This document shows positions 1 through 8,041 of a stretch of 31,543 nt of DNA, piece after piece. Where the stretch lies: assembly GCA_964509855.1 (NCBI GenBank), contig CAZDZP010000002.1:1-31543 (forward strand), written 5' to 3'. A program made the position numbers and the translations under genes. The notes under the pieces were generated by a model that was given only the letters and a program-made list of their open reading frames with translations, did not search any database and had not been told where the DNA came from. The stretch is from an uncultured Anaerolineaceae bacterium (GTDB lineage Bacteria > Chloroflexota > Dehalococcoidia > Tepidiformales > Tepidiformaceae). Position 1 is the first letter of the stretch, and each line of letters starts with the position of its first letter.

Positions 1-2
1 TG

Positions 3-746
3 CTCTCGTCGATCGTGGTGTTGCTGCTCATCAATATGGCCGGGAGTGAGCCGGTATTGAGCAACGCCGGAGACATTTTCGAACTTTCGGGGCAAGTAGT
101 GGAGTACGCGGACGAGCGGCTTCGTGCGGCAACGCGCGGCGAAGAACTCCCTGCCCCGCCGGCGTTGATTGCCGACATCGTCTCGCTGCGGATCGCGCTG
201 GCGGCGACGATCCTGTTTCAACTCGTGACCATTGCTTCCGTGATGGTGGTCACGCGCAAAGGTCCTGGCGAACTCATAGGGCTGCTTCGACTGGACCGTT
301 TCACCTCCACGCGCTGGGGCCGGGCGGCCGCCGCCACGATCGTGGCCTATGCGGGCGTCGTGGGTTGGGCCGTGTTCGCGAACGCCGTCCTGCCCGATTT
401 CTTCGTGCCGGAAAGCACGGTGCCATCGTCGGTCGCGCGAGATTCGGCGGCGCTCGCACTTGCGGGGCTGGCGGCGGTGATCATGGCGCCGCTCGCTGAA
501 GAAATCTTCTATCGCGGGCTGCTCTTTGGCGGGATGTTGAAGTGGGGCTTCTGGCCCGCCGCCGTGGTCTCATCGGCAATCTTCTCGGCGGTCCACTTCG
601 ACCCGGGCAGCGTGGTGCCATTTCTCGGCGTGGGCATTGCGCTTTGCTGGGTCTATTGGCGAGGTGGACGCCTCTGGGACGCAATTGCGTTCCACTGCTT
701 TTTCAACTCAATCAGCTTTGCAATTCTTGCAGCCATAGGAGGCTAG
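3..746 (+). CDS. CPBP-family (Abi/CAAX-like) intramembrane metalloprotease, probably 5'-truncated by the window
   Basis: Motifs PLAEEIFYRG (EExxxR), FSAVH (FxxxH) and HCFFN (HxxxN) in a multi-TM protein. The frame is open back to the window edge, so the GTG at 15 may not be the true start. Confidence 0.85.
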   Translation, partial: LSSIVVLLLINMAGSEPVLSNAGDIFELSGQVVEYADERLRAATRGEELPAPPALIADIVSLRIALAATILFQLVTIASVMVVTRKGPGELIGLLRLDRFTSTRWGRAAAATIVAYAGVVGWAVFANAVLPDFFVPESTVPSSVARDSAALALAGLAAVIMAPLAEEIFYRGLLFGGMLKWGFWPAAVVSSAIFSAVHFDPGSVVPFLGVGIALCWVYWRGGRLWDAIAFHCFFNSISFAILAAIGG

Positions 747-748
747 GA

Positions 749-1540
749 ATGTCCCAGCGACTACGTGACACCTTCGCGAAGGGTAAGGAAGAGGGCCGGG
801 CGCTGTTTGTGCCATACGTGACCGCGGGCTACCCGGGTCCCGAGTACACGGTTGACTTGCTGTTGGCGATGGAAGCCGGGGGCGGCGACATCCTGGAACT
901 CGGCATGCCGTTCACGGACCCGTTGGCCGACGGCGCTACCATCCAGCATGCGAACCAGGTCGCCATCGAGAAGGGCGTCCATCTTGACGACTGTCTCGAC
1001 TACATCGCGCAAGCACGGGCGAAGGGGTTGAAAGCCCCCGTGCTGTTGATGGGCTACTACAACCCGATCCTGGCGATGGGCGAATCCAACGCCATCCGCC
1101 GTGCGAAGGAAGCGGGCGCCGATGGCTTTATCATGGTGGACCTCCCGCCGGAAGAAGCGGGTGAGTTTCTTGCGGCGTGCAAGCAGTACGACATGAGCTA
1201 CATCCCGCTCGCCGCGCCAACAACTTCGGATGCGCGGCTGGACAAGCTGGCCGCGGTGGCCGACGCCTTCATCTATTGCGTAAGCGTGACCGGCACCACC
1301 GGCAGCCGCACGGATTTGCCTACGGAGCTCGGCGAATTCATGGAACGCGTTCGCCGACACACCCCGCTACCGCTGGCCATCGGGTTCGGTGTCAGCACGC
1401 GCCAGCACGTGGAACAGGTATCGGCTATTGCGGATGCCGCTGTCGTGGGCAGTGCTATAATCGCGGCCATCGACGCGGGCGACGCTCCCGGCTGTGTGGA
1501 GCGCGTGAGGGACTACGTGGAGAGTGTGAGCGGCCGATAA
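749..1540 (+). CDS. trpA: tryptophan synthase alpha chain
   Basis: FVPYVTAGYP, LELGMPFTDPLADGATIQ (catalytic Glu/Asp), LLMGYYNPI, VSVTGTTG, IGFGV, VVGSA. ATG 749 lies 2 nt after the upstream stop, preceded by GGAGG; the ORF-track extension to 542 overlaps the CPBP gene. Confidence 0.96.
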   Translation: MSQRLRDTFAKGKEEGRALFVPYVTAGYPGPEYTVDLLLAMEAGGGDILELGMPFTDPLADGATIQHANQVAIEKGVHLDDCLDYIAQARAKGLKAPVLLMGYYNPILAMGESNAIRRAKEAGADGFIMVDLPPEEAGEFLAACKQYDMSYIPLAAPTTSDARLDKLAAVADAFIYCVSVTGTTGSRTDLPTELGEFMERVRRHTPLPLAIGFGVSTRQHVEQVSAIADAAVVGSAIIAAIDAGDAPGCVERVRDYVESVSGR

Positions 1541-1634
1541 GGCGCCGCACGTACGCAAAGGCTGATGGCCGTAGCGTCGAACTCGCCAACCCACCTGCGA
1601 ACCGAAGAAGGCGTCCATGGGAGGATAGCTGCTG

Positions 1635-2018
1635 ATGGCTGTGCGAGGAGTTCGTGGTGCGACAACGGTGCGCGCCAACACCAAGGAGGAGATCCTCGAC
1701 GCGGCGCGGGAGCTGTTGGAGGCGGTGGTCAAGGCGAACGAGATTGACCCGGAAGATGTGGCCTCCGCCTGGTTCACCACCACGCTCGACCTGAACTCCG
1801 AGTTCCCGGCGGTTGCGGCCCGGCAAATGGGCTGGACGTTCGTACCGCTCATGTGCGGCCACGAAATGGGGGTGCCGGGCAGTCTGCCGATGTGCCTCCG
1901 CGTGCTCATTCACCTGAACACCGAAAAGAGCATCCACGACATCCATCATGTCTACATTCGTGGCGCAAGCGTACTCCGGCCAGACCTTGGTTCGAGCACT
2001 CACTCAACCGCGCGGTAA
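1635..2018 (+). CDS. aroH: AroH-class chorismate mutase
   Basis: [57 protein letters not shown] are AroH signatures; GGAGG RBS upstream. Confidence 0.95.
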   Translation: MAVRGVRGATTVRANTKEEILDAARELLEAVVKANEIDPEDVASAWFTTTLDLNSEFPAVAARQMGWTFVPLMCGHEMGVPGSLPMCLRVLIHLNTEKSIHDIHHVYIRGASVLRPDLGSSTHSTAR

Positions 2019-2305
2019 ACGGAAATGCGGCTGTGCTGGTACAAGTGGTAGCGATGGCGCAGAGTACTCCCATGGCTCCAATGCGTTGCTCCACCCCGGG
2101 GCCGGTCCATGTGCGCCTCCGCACGCGTGCTTCGTTGACATATGCGAAGTGCCACCACATCATGCGTCTTGTCGCGGTGGTTGAACCGGCGGTCGGGCAG
2201 ACGCAGGCGAAGGCTTAGCTTCTGCAGCCGGGACAGACAGCCGACGGGGGTCGCAAGGCCCGGGCGGGCACACCCTGGCGGGGTAGTGCGGGCTCGCAGA
2301 GTGCT

Positions 2306-3028
2306 ATGCCGGAAATCAGCCTACCCGTGTTCCAGGGTCCCCTGGACCTGCTTCTCCATCTCATCGAACGAAACGATCTCGATATCACCGCTGTGTCGCT
2401 CGTGCAGGTCACGGACCAGTACCTCGCGGCCGTGCACGAAGGCGACAAGCTGGACGCGCCCGCATTGGCGGAGTTCATCGCGATGGGCGCGCGGCTGATC
2501 TACCTCAAGTCGAAAGCGTTGTTGCCGCGAGCACCAGAAGAGCCCGACGATTCGCTCGAAGACGACGACGTGGGCCGCGAACTCGTGGACTTGTTGCGCG
2601 AATACAAGCGCTACACCGAAGTCACCGACATGCTGGAGGACCGCCAGGAACAGGGGCTTCGCTTCTTCACGCGCCAGGCGCCCGCGCCGGAACTCCCGCC
2701 GGGTGACGGATTGGATGCCGTCACCATGGACCGGCTCGTGCGGATCATGGAGGACGTGCTCTCGCGGAAGAAGCCGGAAAAGCCCACGGCAGTGGTGCGC
2801 CGCGACCCGATTACGCTTTCGCAACGTGTGTCCGACTTTCGCGATCGCCTGGCCCGCACGGGATCCTTCTCGTTTCGCGCCGTGATGGAAGAGTGCGAGT
2901 CACGCGTTGAAGTGATCGTCGCGTTTATGGCGATCCTGGAACTGCTGAAGGGCGGCGAATGCGACGCGCGCCAAGGGGAAAACTGGGGCGAAATCGAAGT
3001 CGTTTCGCTCGTGCCTGTCGCAGGCTAA
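2306..3028 (+). CDS. scpA: segregation and condensation protein A (kleisin)
   Basis: FQGPLDLLLHLI, VTDQYL, AEFIAMGARLIYLKSKALLP and C-terminal FMAILELLK. Confidence 0.93.
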   Translation: MPEISLPVFQGPLDLLLHLIERNDLDITAVSLVQVTDQYLAAVHEGDKLDAPALAEFIAMGARLIYLKSKALLPRAPEEPDDSLEDDDVGRELVDLLREYKRYTEVTDMLEDRQEQGLRFFTRQAPAPELPPGDGLDAVTMDRLVRIMEDVLSRKKPEKPTAVVRRDPITLSQRVSDFRDRLARTGSFSFRAVMEECESRVEVIVAFMAILELLKGGECDARQGENWGEIEVVSLVPVAG

Positions 3029-3197
3029 ACACGCCGCCTGTACCGCCCGAGAGTCCCTGCGACTGTGATGCGGGTGTAATGAGGCGCGCGCCCCACACTT
3101 ATCCGTTCGAAATGGTCTTTCGGACATTGTAGTGGCCGCATATCGGCCGTTTCGGCGATGGCTCGCCTGGGGGAGGATATGCAAGAAGGGACGTACC

Positions 3198-3443
3198 ATG
3201 ACACCCGGCCTTTGCAACCATTTTTGGCGCACCGAACCCTCGAACGGCGCTGGGACAATCGAGGCCCACTGCCTCCGCTGCGGCCAGCGGCGCCTATTCC
3301 CCGCCCTTGTCCAACGTCAGGAGCGACAGGCGAACCCGCGTGTGCGAAGCTTTCTCTCCGGCGCAGCGCCCGCAAGCGCAGAAAGGTTGGGCAATGACGG
3401 AACTAGCACAGACACCCGGGGGTGGCGTTCTCGAACTGGGTGA
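3198..3443 (+). CDS. putative small zinc-ribbon protein (C-x-H-x-W...CxxC)
   Basis: MTPGLCNHFWRTEPSNGAGTIEAHCLRCGQRRLFP gives C-x-H and CxxC ligand pairs with a beta-hairpin-like spacer; purine-rich AAGAAGGG upstream. Caveats: 50-nt overlap with the next gene and a competing frame at 3179-3397. Confidence 0.45.
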   Translation: MTPGLCNHFWRTEPSNGAGTIEAHCLRCGQRRLFPALVQRQERQANPRVRSFLSGAAPASAERLGNDGTSTDTRGWRSRTG

Positions 3444-4152
3444 GTCACTCATTGGCGCCAACGTTTCCGATGCGAACGGAACGGAAATGGGCCGCGTGCA
3501 GGACATCCAGGGAGCCTATTTGCAGGTCGATGCGTCGAACCGTGCGAGCTATTGGATTCACAGCGCGATGGTGCAGTCGGCGGAAACTGACGGAGTGGTC
3601 TTCGACTTCGCCAGTGAGTTCGTTGACGTCTTCGCCCTGGACACCCCCGGATTCGTCGCAGAAGTGCCGGAGGACGACATCGCTGAACGCGAGGCCGCAG
3701 CGCGAGCCGGCACTATGCCCCGGATCCAGGCGCACGATGCGATGGAGCGGAGCGCGCAACTGCTGGACGCGGTGCTTGAGAGCTACCCGGCCGAGGACAC
3801 GGTTGCCTGGGGACTCCGACTGCGACATGCGGCGAGGATGCTCTCCGAAGCTGTGAAGCAGCACCGTGATGCCACGGAAGCGGAGGGTGGTGCGCTTCAA
3901 ACGCTGGCGCAGGTGAAGCCAGCCCTGGTGCGCCAGATAGAGCGACAGCGCCGCGAGCACTTCGAGTTGCTGCTCAAGGCCGAGGAGTTGGAACACGAAG
4001 TGCGCGAGCAGATCGCCTTCGACCGGCTGGATGGTGACACAGCGCGACTCGCGGCGTTGATCCTGCGCGAAAGCCTGCGGCTACACATTTACCGGGCAAC
4101 GAACCTGCTCTACGAAGCGTACTTCCAGGAAGAGGGCGGCGAAGAGGGATAG
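3394..4152 (+). CDS. PRC-barrel/DUF2171-like N-terminal domain fused to a hemerythrin-like helical domain
   Basis: LIGANVSDANGTEMGRVQDI fits the PRC-barrel pattern. The helical C-terminal half has spaced His/Glu motifs (AHDAM, QHRDATE, REHFELL, LHIYR) and ends YEAYFQEEGGEEG. Start chosen at ATG 3394 (AAGG upstream). Confidence 0.65.
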   Translation: MTELAQTPGGGVLELGESLIGANVSDANGTEMGRVQDIQGAYLQVDASNRASYWIHSAMVQSAETDGVVFDFASEFVDVFALDTPGFVAEVPEDDIAEREAAARAGTMPRIQAHDAMERSAQLLDAVLESYPAEDTVAWGLRLRHAARMLSEAVKQHRDATEAEGGALQTLAQVKPALVRQIERQRREHFELLLKAEELEHEVREQIAFDRLDGDTARLAALILRESLRLHIYRATNLLYEAYFQEEGGEEG

Positions 4153-4219
4153 CCGCGACGCGCGACTCGTGGGGCAGCGTTTTGCGGACGTTTCGGCGCT
4201 GCTACGCTGTAGCCACTGT

Positions 4220-5152
4220 ATGACTCTTCCATCACTCACCCGCATCCAGTTGGGCGCCGGCGCTCCCGGCGCCGAGACCGCGCTTACCATCGGGGTACTC
4301 GACGGTGTCCACCTTGGGCACCAGCACCTGATACGCGAACTCTGTGAAGCAGCGCGGCCAGCCAACCTGGTGCCGGGCGTCGTGACGCTTCACCCGCACC
4401 CGCTGACTGTGTTGCGACCGGAAACCCCGCCAAGCTATCTGACTTCGCTCGAAGACCGCATTCAGCTCATGCTGGCGGCCGGCGCCAGGTGGGTGGTACC
4501 ACTCACCTTCACCGGCGAGGTGGCCGAAGTTGAGGCGGAGGAGTTGGCGGAGGGATTCGTTTCCGAACTTGGTATGAAACTCATGGTGCTAGGACCGGAC
4601 GCCTCATTTGGGCGCGGGGCACCGAAGGATACGTTCGAACGCATGACCGCTCTGGGCGCCAGGCTCGGCTTCGAAGTGCTGAAGGTGCAACCGCTCGTCC
4701 TCGGCGAAGAGCGCTATAGCTCCACTGCCGTGCGGAAGGCTCTCGCCGCCGGCGACATGGACCGCGTGCGTGCGCTCCTGGGACGCCCCTATCACCTCGC
4801 CGGGCCAGTGGTGCACGGCTTCGAGCGGGGCCGCACGATCGGGTTCCCAACGGCCAACATCTCCGTCGCTGCCGACCGGGCGATGCCGACGCTTGGCGTC
4901 TACGCGACGCGCGTGACCATCAACGGCAGCCAGTACGTGGGCGCGACGAACATCGGACGGCGGCCAACCTTCGATGCGGGGCACGTTTCCATTGAAACGA
5001 ACATCCTCGATTTCGAAGGGGACATCTACGGCGAGCGGTTGGAACTCGACATCTTCCACCGCATTCGCGAAGAGCGCGCCTTCGACGGCATCGACCAACT
5101 TGTCGCCCAGATTCGCAGCGATGTGGAGACCGCACGGAGGCTACTTTCATGA
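4220..5152 (+). CDS. ribF: bifunctional riboflavin kinase / FAD synthetase
   Basis: DGVHLGHQHLI, TLHPHP, YSSTAVRKAL, GRTIGFPTAN, NIGRRPTF, IETNILDFEGDIYG. Confidence 0.96.
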   Translation: MTLPSLTRIQLGAGAPGAETALTIGVLDGVHLGHQHLIRELCEAARPANLVPGVVTLHPHPLTVLRPETPPSYLTSLEDRIQLMLAAGARWVVPLTFTGEVAEVEAEELAEGFVSELGMKLMVLGPDASFGRGAPKDTFERMTALGARLGFEVLKVQPLVLGEERYSSTAVRKALAAGDMDRVRALLGRPYHLAGPVVHGFERGRTIGFPTANISVAADRAMPTLGVYATRVTINGSQYVGATNIGRRPTFDAGHVSIETNILDFEGDIYGERLELDIFHRIREERAFDGIDQLVAQIRSDVETARRLLS

Positions 5153-6348
5153 CACGCACCATGGCGCCAGTAGACGAGCAACTGTTCGTGCTGATGAGCG
5201 GCGTTGACTATGGCGACGAGGGCCTGCGCGCGGCGTTCACGGCGGAGTTGAAGAGGCGGCTGGAAGAAGACCGTCCGCTGAAGGTCTACCTTGGAATCGA
5301 CCCGACGGCGACAGCGCTCACGCTCGGGCATACAGTGCCGCTGCGAAAGCTGCGCCAGTTCCAGGATTTCGGGCACCACTGCGTCTTCCTGATTGGCGAC
5401 TACACGGCGCTGGTTGGCGACCCCAGCGACAAGAACAAGTTGCGCCCGGTCCTCACCCAGGAAGCCATCAAGGCCAACGAACAGACCTACTTCGAGCAGG
5501 CCGCCCGCATCCTCGATGCCTCCAAGACGGAGCTTCGGCACAACAGCGAATGGCTGGGACAGCTGAGCTTCCCGGATGTCATCTCCCTGATGTCCAAGTT
5601 CACCGCAGCCGAAATGCTCCGGCGCGACAACTTCCGTAAACGGTGGGAAGACGGTGACGCGGTCTACCTGCACGAGTTCCTTTACGCGCTGATGCAGGGC
5701 TACGACGCCTACGCACTGGAGTGCGATGTGCAGGTGGGCGGCACCGAACAGCTCTTCAACCTGATGGCCGGACGCAAAATCCAGGAGGATGCAGGGCAGC
5801 GGCCGCATGTGCCGGTAACGAACCCCATCCTCGTCGGTCTCGACGGCAAGGAGCGTATGTCGAAGTCCAAGGGCAATCACATTGGAATCGATGACCTGCC
5901 GGGCGAGCAGTACGGGAAGGCGATGTCGGTCCCGGATGAGGTGGTGATGGACTTCTTCACGCTGGCCACAAACGTGCCGCGTTCGGAACTGGAGTCCATC
6001 CAGGAACGCCTGGAGAGAGAACCGATGGCAGTGAAGAAGCTCCTCGCGAGGACGATCGTTTCGGAGTTCTGGGGGGACGAGGCGGCCAACGAAGCAGAAG
6101 CCGAGTTCGAGCGAACGGTGCAACGCAAAGAGGTCCCAGACGAGATGCCCGAAGTGAACGTCACGGGCGAGGAATCGCTCATCGACGTTTTGGTGGCAAA
6201 CGGCATGGCGCCTTCAAAGCGCGAGGCACGGCGATTGTTCGAGCAGGGTGCTGTGAGCCTGGACGGTGAACCCGCAACCATCGAAGCCTTGGCGACGGCG
6301 GGTGCGGTTGTGCAGGTGGGCAAGCGCCGCTGGATCAAGCTCGTCTAG
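5149..6348 (+). CDS. tyrS: tyrosine--tRNA ligase
   Basis: VYLGIDPT, LIGDYTALVGDPS, LYALMQGYD, VGGTEQLFNL, RMSKSKGN and a C-terminal S4-like domain (SKREARRLFEQGAV...QVGKRRW). ATGA overlap with ribF. Confidence 0.96.
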   Translation: MTRTMAPVDEQLFVLMSGVDYGDEGLRAAFTAELKRRLEEDRPLKVYLGIDPTATALTLGHTVPLRKLRQFQDFGHHCVFLIGDYTALVGDPSDKNKLRPVLTQEAIKANEQTYFEQAARILDASKTELRHNSEWLGQLSFPDVISLMSKFTAAEMLRRDNFRKRWEDGDAVYLHEFLYALMQGYDAYALECDVQVGGTEQLFNLMAGRKIQEDAGQRPHVPVTNPILVGLDGKERMSKSKGNHIGIDDLPGEQYGKAMSVPDEVVMDFFTLATNVPRSELESIQERLEREPMAVKKLLARTIVSEFWGDEAANEAEAEFERTVQRKEVPDEMPEVNVTGEESLIDVLVANGMAPSKREARRLFEQGAVSLDGEPATIEALATAGAVVQVGKRRWIKLV

Positions 6349-6704
6349 CTGGGCCCACCCGGCTCGAAGATGGCGCGGACTTCAACCTTGCCGGTAGCCG
6401 CCGCTGGAATGCGGGCTGCCCACTGGATAGCCTCGTTTTCGCTGGCGCACTCCACCAGGTAGTAGCCAGCGGGCTGCAGGTCGTGCGGCAACGCCGGGCC
6501 CGGCTCAACGACCGGTGAGTCATCCACAACGGAGACAGTCCTGGCTGCGACGCTAGAAGTGAAGGGCTGGGAATCGATAAGCACGCCTTGCTCCCGGGCC
6601 ACGGTATCCAACTCCACATAGGCCTGCCAGAGCGCGTCCCACCCGTCGTCGCCGGGATGCAGTTCCTTCGATTCGTCGGTGTAGATGAGCAGGATGTACT
6701 TCAC
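6345..6704 (-). CDS. YciI/YCII-family protein
   Basis: MKYILLIY...GP...AGYYLVECASENEAIQWAARIP...GKVEVRAI; GTG at 6704 preceded by a GAGGAGG RBS. Confidence 0.88.
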   Translation of the reverse strand: MKYILLIYTDESKELHPGDDGWDALWQAYVELDTVAREQGVLIDSQPFTSSVAARTVSVVDDSPVVEPGPALPHDLQPAGYYLVECASENEAIQWAARIPAAATGKVEVRAIFEPGGPS

Positions 6705-6804
6705 GGGACCTCCTCTTCGTTCACTTGGACGTTGCAATGTTCCCCGGCTCCATACGACAAGTGCAAAAGTTTCGCGGCACGGTCCTGGCAACTGGCGGAG
6801 GCGA

Positions 6805-6834
6805 TTGCGGCGCCGCAACCGTGGCGGTTATAGT
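6805..6834 (+). promoter_or_regulatory. putative sigma70 promoter TTGCGG-N18-TATAGT whose -35 lies in a perfect 14-bp palindrome
   Basis: TTGCGGCGCCGCAA (6805-6818) is self-complementary; TATAGT at 6829-6834 is 36 nt upstream of ATG 6871. Confidence 0.45.
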
Positions 6835-6870
6835 CCGCGCAGTTTACCGATCGGAAAGGAACCATCCTTC

Positions 6871-7146
6871 ATGGCAGATCTCAACGAAACCCGGACCCGA
6901 CACGCACAGGACGTGGTGGATGGCAACATGGCGAACCTGATGGGCGACTTCACGCCCGGGGCAATGCCGAAGGTGATGGCGCTCGCGGCCAACCCACTGC
7001 GCGCGACCAGCTTCGAAGTGAACGACCTGGGCAATAACGAGGCGGAGATAACGTATATCAACGGAGACACCCGCAGGGTTGTCTGGAGCAAATGGGAACA
7101 GACCGGCGACAAGTGGCAAATCTGTGATGTCGCCGAAAGGAGCTAA
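6871..7146 (+). CDS. small hypothetical protein, probable NTF2/SnoaL-like fold
   Basis: AAAGGA RBS; helix HAQDVVDGNMANLMGDFTP then beta strands ending WSKWEQTGDKWQICDV; similar to the next gene. Confidence 0.7.
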   Translation: MADLNETRTRHAQDVVDGNMANLMGDFTPGAMPKVMALAANPLRATSFEVNDLGNNEAEITYINGDTRRVVWSKWEQTGDKWQICDVAERS

Positions 7147-7149
7147 CGT

Positions 7150-7530
7150 GTGACGCAACAACCCGGGAGCGGACCGGTGGAGACTGCGCGCGACGCAGCA
7201 GAACGCAATGCCCAGGCGGTCATGAGCGGCAACCTCACGCAGGTGATGGCCGACATCACGCCCGAAGCGTTGGCGCAAATGATGCAGATGGGCGCGCAGG
7301 CACAGGCTGCCGGGTTGCAGACGCCGCAGTCACTCCCGAGCATCCAGTCCTACACGTTGGAGACAGTTTCGGAAGACGATGAGGAGGGGAGCGTGTTCAA
7401 CGTGACCTTCCATTCCGAAGCCGGGACGGCGACACTCGCGACGCGCTGGAAGCGGATCATGGGGCAGTGGAAGATCGCCGGGGTGGAGCTCGTTTCCGCG
7501 AAAGTTGAACCGGGATTCCTCGAAAGCTAA
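7150..7530 (+). CDS. hypothetical protein, probable NTF2/SnoaL-like fold (paralog of upstream gene)
   Basis: NAQAVMSGNLTQVMADITPEA...TRWKRIMGQWKIAGV; 3 nt after the upstream stop, and its stop overlaps the sixA ATG. Confidence 0.72.
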   Translation: MTQQPGSGPVETARDAAERNAQAVMSGNLTQVMADITPEALAQMMQMGAQAQAAGLQTPQSLPSIQSYTLETVSEDDEEGSVFNVTFHSEAGTATLATRWKRIMGQWKIAGVELVSAKVEPGFLES

Positions 7531-8021
7531 TGCAACTTTGCCTGGTGCGGCATGGAATCGCTACGGAGCGCGGACACGGTGACTACCGTGACGATGCTCT
7601 GCGCCCGCTTACGGCGGAAGGCCGGGAGAAGATGACCGCGGCAGCGGCCGGGATCGCGAGGATGTTCGACGCGCAACTGGTGCTGAGCAGTCCGCTCGTG
7701 CGCGCCCGCCAGACTGCGGACATCCTCGTGGTCGCCAGTGGCGGGACGAAGTTGCGAACGCACGACGGGCTTGCGAACGGAGACCACGAATCCGTGCTTT
7801 TGGCGGCGGCAGCTGCGAAGGTCGATCGCGTTGCGCTCGTTGGCCACGAACCGTTGATGTCCGAACTGCTTTCGTTGCTACTTACCGGCAGCGAGGGCCG
7901 TCTGCGCAGTGGCTTCAAGAAGGGCGGCGCGGCGGTCGTGGACTTCGACGGTCCACCGAGAGCCGGGTTGGGTAGGTTAGTTTGGGCAATGCCCCCGGCG
8001 GCCCTTCGCCGACTGGGCTAA
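7530..8021 (+). CDS. sixA: phosphohistidine phosphatase SixA (histidine phosphatase superfamily)
   Basis: LVRHGIA, RPLTAEG, SSPLVRARQTA, LVGHEP, FKKGG. Confidence 0.9.
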   Translation: MQLCLVRHGIATERGHGDYRDDALRPLTAEGREKMTAAAAGIARMFDAQLVLSSPLVRARQTADILVVASGGTKLRTHDGLANGDHESVLLAAAAAKVDRVALVGHEPLMSELLSLLLTGSEGRLRSGFKKGGAAVVDFDGPPRAGLGRLVWAMPPAALRRLG

Positions 8022-8041
8022 GCCAGCCCCGCGAGCCCGGG

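Noticed and set aside
1853-2218. ORFs in the aroH-scpA gap (1853-2218, 1948-2184, 1906-2163 minus)
   Set aside because: They overlap aroH, show no recognisable motif, and have no convincing RBS.
2231-2290. c-di-GMP-I riboswitch resemblance (GGGTCGCAAGGCC vs GGGACGCAAAGCC)
   Set aside because: The upstream GGCAAAC/GNRA P2 arm is absent, so only a partial word match remains.
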